From: Paraspadella gotoi
Taxonomy: Eukaryota; Animalia; Chaetognatha
Length of the DNA stretch: 17,530 nt
Assembly: GCA_051294375.1 (NCBI GenBank)
Contig: CM119265.1
Span: 3,832,465 to 3,849,994 of the forward strand
Direction: 5' to 3'
Part shown: one piece after another, positions 11,046 to 17,530 of the stretch
Layout: each line of letters starts with the position of its first letter
Numbering within the stretch: position 1 is the stretch's first letter
Program-made: the position numbers and the translations under genes
Notes under the pieces: generated by a model
The model's input: the letters and a program-made list of their open reading frames with translations, nothing else
What the model was told of the DNA's origin: nothing
Databases searched by the model: none

Positions 11046-11529
11046 AAATAATACACTTTTTAATATAGAACAGTTAAAAAGATTTGGTATACTGAAATTA
11101 GCATTAACAATTAACTATTAATAAATAATTGAAGAAAAGGAAATAAAGAAATTAGAAAGTGAAAGATACATTTGGTGAGGCATAGCAAAGTAATTAGTAA
11201 AGTGAAAGGTTAAGAATTAATAAAGAGCTCAAAATGAGCTGCCCCCTCCCTTGGCTTTTAGCAAATGAGAGGCTTAGACGATGTAGCCGGATCATTGACG
11301 TGTCATTGGTTGAGAGGACAGTTCGACCGAGCATGTTCGTGCTGGATTCCTTGAGGATTCCTTGATGAACGATTCCCAGTGCTACTCGAATGTCTCTTTG
11401 ACCTGATACGCCTGCCGGCTTCTATATAGCGTAGAAAGTAATAATTGCATTTTGAAATATCTTATTTGCTATAAATTATCCGAAAAAAGTCTTCTTTTTA
11501 ATTTTTTAATTCTTTCCGATTTTTCGTAA

Positions 11530-11961
<432 letters not shown>

Positions 11962-12536
11962 TAGTTTTTTTTGTAATTCTATTAATAATAGCAACGAAAA
12001 GAAAGGAAACATTACGAATAGTTTTTTTCAATATTTTTTTTAAATTTAAATTTGTCATGTCTACTTACTTAAATTGTTCTGTATCTTATACAAAAAATGG
12101 GAAAGGAAATCAAATGTATTTTACTTGATTAATTAGTTGGAGAAGATTCTGGCAATTTTTTCAATTTTTTGTATTTTCTTAATTTCTATAGAACGTTCAT
12201 AATATTATTTTTATTAAGCGGTGTTGAATTTGGACAATTTGTACAGTTAATTCATTTACTCATCAATATAAAAAGTAATGATATACAATGAGAAGAAATA
12301 GTGGAGCCCGATAGTATTAAGGTTAAATTGAAAATGAAATTTACCTTTATGTAATTGGTACAACCAATATAAAAATTATCCATTCATTTAATAAATAAGA
12401 TATCTTGCCCCTGACTTTAGACTGTAGAGTGATGTGAAAATAATAAAATTTTATAAAATTAAAATGGAAGATAAAAATAAAAACCAATAAAATACTTTAA
12501 TAAATTTATTTTTAAAAATTTATACATTAGTGGGCA

Positions 12537-12908
12537 CCAGTGAGCTATTTTTATTTATAGGCTAAAATTTCAAAATGCAAATTTTTAAATTTTAAGAACG
12601 GATTTGGGTTCCGTGAAAAAAGTTGATGTAAGAAGGTATACTTCTTTTTTGAAAATGTTTTCATTAAGTTGGTCAAAAAATAAAAAAAACTATATTTAAG
12701 ATGCCGATTTTTAATTTCAAGCTCAAAAATATAGTTTTTGTAAAGCTATTTTTTAAACCTACTTTACGATATAATTTGTGAAAAAGCTTTATATTTTCTT
12801 TTTCAACTTTTTCAACTTTTTATGAGGAATCTGAATTTGTTCTCTGATTTAAAAAAAATTAAAATTTTAACATTATATAATATATTATATACAAAATAAG
12901 CTGACTGG
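12537..12908. mobile_element. Degenerate fold-back (MITE-like) palindromic element
   Basis: Three nested inverted pairs share a centre near 12712-12722: 12537-12551 with 12893-12908, 12595-12626 with 12812-12843, and a perfect 13-bp pair AAAAACTATATTT (12685-12697) with AAATATAGTTTTT (12727-12739). Termini and target duplication are not resolved. Confidence 0.6.
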
Positions 12909-13479
12909 GCTACAATATACGTGAAAAAAGAAAAATAACTACAGATTAGTATTCACTAATATGATAGTTTTCAAGATATAACTACCAAATTTTGATTCCA
13001 AACTTTAACTTGACCCTATTGAACAATGGACATGCTTTGGTAGTTTAAAACCTCCATCACTCTAACAAGATAATGAAATAGCAGGTCCCTTCACTTTCAA
13101 TCAAGACTCTCTCACAGACTCGTTTATTCACTCCCAGAGTACCTGGCTTTCCTATCAATATTTCAAAGAATGTTTCAATTGTATGAAAAGAAAGGCGTTA
13201 AAATATAGGATTTTGGGATTGTATTAATTATTATTAAATAAAATTTCAAAATATCGAAATTCGAGTTATTTACATTTTGTCGGTTCCCCTGTATCTACTA
13301 TCAAGCCGAACCGTAAAATCAAAGTCGAAAATTAAAGAGCTTATTAAGAAACGAGTAATCGAACTCGTAATTTATCTATGGAATTAGTACAACCAATATA
13401 AAAATCATTATTTTGTTAATTCTCGTAGATTTATTGTTTTAATTCGTCTTTAGTAATCATTGTGATCATTATCATTTAT

Positions 13480-13512
13480 TCGTCGTCGTCGTCGTCGTCG
13501 TCTTCGTCGTCG
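13480..13512 (+). repeat. (TCG)n microsatellite, with a second short tract near 13605-13620
   Basis: Read directly. Confidence 0.9.
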
Positions 13513-14633
13513 TTCCTCTCCTCGCCTGCTCCCGAACGAGGCCTCCTGGTTGAACCCAATGGTTTATTGGCCGGCGACAACTCTCTTTCCCAGTCTATCT
13601 TCATCGTCGTCGTCGTCGTCAGTCTATCTTTCGCAGTCTTGAAGGAATTGAATTTTCTGCTCCATTACTTTCCTTTGCCAATTCGCTCTTCCCCTGCCCC
13701 TGCCCCTGCCTCTGCCACCCTCCCCCTTATCCCTGCTTGCCCCCCATATGGTCCGCCCAGCCTTATTTAGTCCGCCCCTTTCTTTTTGGTCGCTCGGTCT
13801 AGAAAGGGGAGAAGTCTAACGAGAATCCCCGATTCGTTTTTAAATTCCCATTTTCGTCTTAAGTTAAACTATGTTGACAGTTATTTACTTAAACTAGTAG
13901 ACTGATAAGTGTTTAGTGTTTAGTGTTTATGATCGACGCTACCGTGTCTCGGCTTCGGTTTTGTTTTGTTTTGTTTCGCTATTGTTCCAGACTCTTCGTC
14001 TCTCTGGTAGATCTGAGATAACCGAAAAAAGAAATTTAAAAAAAAAGAGTTTCCGAAAGCACGAAAATAAGTTTTATTTAAAAACAATTAATTTAGTTTA
14101 TAAATTACGAACGATTTTGCCTATTAAAATCTGTTTGGCGCTCTGACGCTCTGACGGCCCTGATGGCGGTCTGGGATCATTGAGTGACGGCATCGTTGAA
14201 AGACGGCATTGTTTAGTGATGAAATCCTTTTGTTATGACAGCGTTGGGTTACAACAGCTTCGGGAGATCACATTGTTGGGTTCTGTGACTGAAATTTTTT
14301 TAAAGACTCGAGTCAGTAGAAATTCATCGAAACTCGGAACAGCGACAACATTGAACCATTTCCATCAGCAGCAGATGCTCCACCGTCATCATTTCAAAAC
14401 AACGCCACCCTCGTCTCGCGCCAAGAATTCCGCCCACGCGGGCATTCGCGCTCCGGCTGGCTCCCCCGGCACCTTCAGCCCCGCCACAGTCACGTCGGGG
14501 CCTCGTGGGCGCGTTAATAACCCCGAAGGGACGAGAGAGAGAAAAAAATTAAATGATGTCGAAAAAAAAAATAAAATAAAGAAGAGAAAATTGTTTCATG
14601 GTTTGTGAAAAAAACAAAGCGAGGAATGGGTGG

Positions 14634-14751
<118 letters not shown>

Positions 14752-15914
14752 CGTTTTCTTCATCCTTTTTTAATGATTATTAATGAGCTAAAAATGTTCT
14801 CTATTATTCCCTAGTCTTTCCCCGGTTTAAACGTCCGTGAAAAAAAAATAAAAAAAAAGCGCGAAAAACAGAAAAGCCTGAAAAATGGTCCGAGGGGAAT
14901 TTTGAAAGTTGAAATTTTCTAACTTGATAATATTTTCAAATTATATGAATTTTAATTGAAGGAATAAAGAGAATGGTAAGCTTGATTCAACGAGCATATC
15001 TTAGATTTACTATTAAGTGAGACAATAAAGTAAATTACTATATTTTTATAGCAGAAAGTTTCATCTCGTATAATTCATAACTTATTACTTAAAGAAAAAC
15101 ATAAAAATTGGTGCAATAGCAACAACAACAACAACAACAATATCAATGGCGGCGCTCGTCCGATAGAAAGTTTGGCAACTGGAATCACTCGTGAAATCGA
15201 CGAATTCACCTTGACTCACAAACGGCGAAGGGACGTGAGACTCACTGATTCTCTCCTCGCCTCATTTNNNNNNNNNNNNNNNNNNNNNNNNNNNNNNNNN
15301 NNNNNNNNNNNNNNNNNNNNNNNNNNNNNNNNNNNNNNNNNNNNNNNNNNNNNNNNNNNNNNNNNNNNNNNNNNNNNNNNNNNNNNNNNNNNNNNNNNNN
15401 NNNNNNNNNNNNNNNNNNNNNNNNNNNNNNNNNNNNNNNNNNNNNNNNNNNNNNNNNNNNNNNNNNNNNNNNNNNNNNNNNNNNNNNNNNNNNNNNNNNN
15501 NNNNNNNNNNNNNNNNNNNNNNNNNNNNNNNNNNNNNNNNNNNNNNNNNNNNNNNNNNNNNNNNNNNNNNNNNNNNNNNNNNNNNNNNNNNNNNNNNNNN
15601 NNNNNNNNNNNNNNNNNNNNNNNNNNNNNNNNNNNNNNNNNNNNNNNNNNNNNNNNNNNNNNNNNNNNNNNNNNNNNNNNNNNNNNNNNNNNNNNNNNNN
15701 NNNNNNNNNNNNNNNNNNNNNNNNNNNNNNNNNNNNNNNNNNNNNNNNNNNNNNNNNNNNNNNNNNNNCTCCTCTTCCTCCTCATCTTATGTTCTCTCCT
15801 CCTCGCACATCTTCCCTCCACCCACCCGATGCAAATGAGATCCTTAATCTCGATCTCGGTTTTTGGCACCCATCTCTCTCTCTCTCTCTNNNNNNNNNNN
15901 NNNNNNNNNNNNNN

Positions 15915-17130
15915 TATTCACACCTTAATGTACTTAACAGCAAAACCACCATATCAAATGAGGTTAATTGTGCATTTATAGCAACAACAACAAACACATA
16001 TATCAATGGTTCGGCGCTCGTCCGATAGAAAGTTTTGCAAACTGGAATTCACTCGTTGAAATCGACGAGTTCACACTTGCACTCACCAAACGGCGAAGGA
16101 GACGTGAGTCTCAACTGATCTCTCTCTCGACGCTTCTCTATTTCACATTATTCTACATAGTCAGATCTCATCTCTCTTCTTCCGCGACTTTCCTCTTTCC
16201 TGCTCTCTCCCTGCGCGCTTTGCGTCCCATACTGTTTTACTTAACTCCAATTTACATTTCTTTTCTTATTATCTTTCATTTTTTTTCGACTTTTATTTTT
16301 TCCTGCAGCTATTATAATACCTTGTAGATCCTCCTTTTTTTACCCTTTAGATACTCTTTTCTACTAATTTGTTCGTCTTATCTTTTTTCTCTAAATTCCT
16401 TTTTATATCTAACCTTTACCTCCCTTCCTTATATATTTCTGTTCTGTTTCACCTTTCCTTTTCGCCTCCTCTTTTTAATATTCCCTTTCCTTTTACCTCC
16501 ACCTTGCCTTTATTTCTTTCTGTATGTTCCTTCTTTCCTTTATTATCTCCTTTTTAATATTGCCTGTCCTTTCACTCACGCTCACTTCTTTATTTCTTCG
16601 TTTTTCTTCTTTCCTTTTTCCCCCTTGCTTTTAATTATTCAGCTTTCCTTATTCACCTCACCTCATCTTCCTTTATTCTTTCGTTTGCTCTTCTTTCCAT
16701 TTTCCGCCTTTTATACTATTCCTTTCCTTTTACCAACCTTACCTTTATTTCTTTCTGTGTTTTTCCTTCTTCTACATTTTTCCTCCTTTTCCTCTTCCTC
16801 TCCTCCCTTTTCGTCTCCCATCATCTTTCGCCGTAAAAATTTGCCGCTATATGATTTTTTGTTTTTACATTCCGCTTCGCTGTTGTGTTTCGTCGTTCGT
16901 CGTCGCATCCGCCAACGAATAACACCAATCGCTAACGAGCGTCATCTACCTTTTATCCGTGCTGTTTTCCTTCCATTGCACCTCCTTCTCCTCCACCTCA
17001 CTCCTCCTCTTCCTCCTCATCTTATGATTTCTCTCCTCCTCGCACATATCTTCCCTCCACCCACCCGATGCAATCGAGATCCTAATCTCGATCCATCGGT
17101 TTTTGGCACCCATTCTCTCTCTTCTCTCTC
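15915..17130 (+). repeat. Indel-rich second copy of about 15060-15889 (probable assembly artefact)
   Basis: 15111-15267 aligns with 15970-16143, and 15769-15889 aligns with about 17004-17125, with scattered single-base indels. It starts right after a 25-N gap. Confidence 0.87.
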
Positions 17131-17147
17131 TCTCTCATCTCTCTCTC

Positions 17148-17186
<39 letters not shown>

Positions 17187-17530
17187 CTCTCTCTCTCCTC
17201 TCTCTCGTCCCCCATCCTATCATCCTCGCGTTCATCTGCAGACTCCGCTTGGAAGCGTTTGACGACCGCGTTCGAATTCCATAATCTTATTTACATATTG
17301 CAGTGACCCGTTTTTTTTACGCTCAACGGTTATATATTCTCGTTATCACAATTAAATTGTCATTATCCGATTGATTCGGGAAACAAAAAATGCCACCGGA
17401 TTACGGTAAAAATCTTTTATCTTAGGGTGGCACAAGGTCTCGGCAATGGTTAGTGAAAGGCCATCCGGTAAATATTAAAGATATTAAGTAAATTTCACTG
17501 GATTACGTGCTCAAGTTATAAATCTTACAT

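Larger units (their letters stand above)
10858..11428 (-). mobile_element. 571-bp non-coding or 5'-truncated Penelope-like retroelement (pLTR or retrozyme-like) insertion
   Basis: Flanked by a perfect 12-bp direct repeat GCGTAGAAAGTA (10846-10857 and 11429-11440), consistent with a target site duplication. A minimal hammerhead motif lies near the minus-strand 3' end, followed by AATAAA motifs. There is an internal (GA)n tract and no recognisable RT or GIY-YIG coding sequence. Confidence 0.78.

Noticed and set aside
14822-14850. TTTAAACGT (FKR) as a candidate next DNA-binding-domain exon
   Set aside because: Continues P-stop rather than TVQN, and has no suitable acceptor.
16369-17306. Phe/Leu/Ser-rich ORFs resembling membrane proteins
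   Set aside because: Pyrimidine-rich, low-accuracy duplicate sequence that naturally lacks stop codons.

Overview
AT-rich, microsatellite-rich invertebrate animal genomic DNA from a draft assembly with seven N gaps; the taxon cannot be determined from this sequence. The only confidently coding sequence is a + strand exon (11804-11947) encoding the first zinc finger and P-box of an NR5A/FTZ-F1 nuclear receptor. A phase-compatible candidate first exon lies at 10304-10358, and the next exon is not in the window. Between these two exons sits a 571-bp antisense insertion flanked by a perfect 12-bp direct repeat. It carries a minimal type I hammerhead ribozyme motif of the kind found in Penelope-like retroelements, plus a short internal sequence complementary to the ribozyme cleavage region. 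Also present are a roughly 21-bp C-rich minisatellite forming the polypyrimidine tract, a roughly 370-bp fold-back (MITE-like) element, and a (GTC)n/(GAC)n fold-back. Much of the window (about 803-4920, 5572-7520, 15915-17130) looks like low-accuracy long-read gap fill duplicating adjacent sequence next to exactly 25-N gaps, so those segments are probably assembly artefacts. Nearly all supplied ORFs are spurious.
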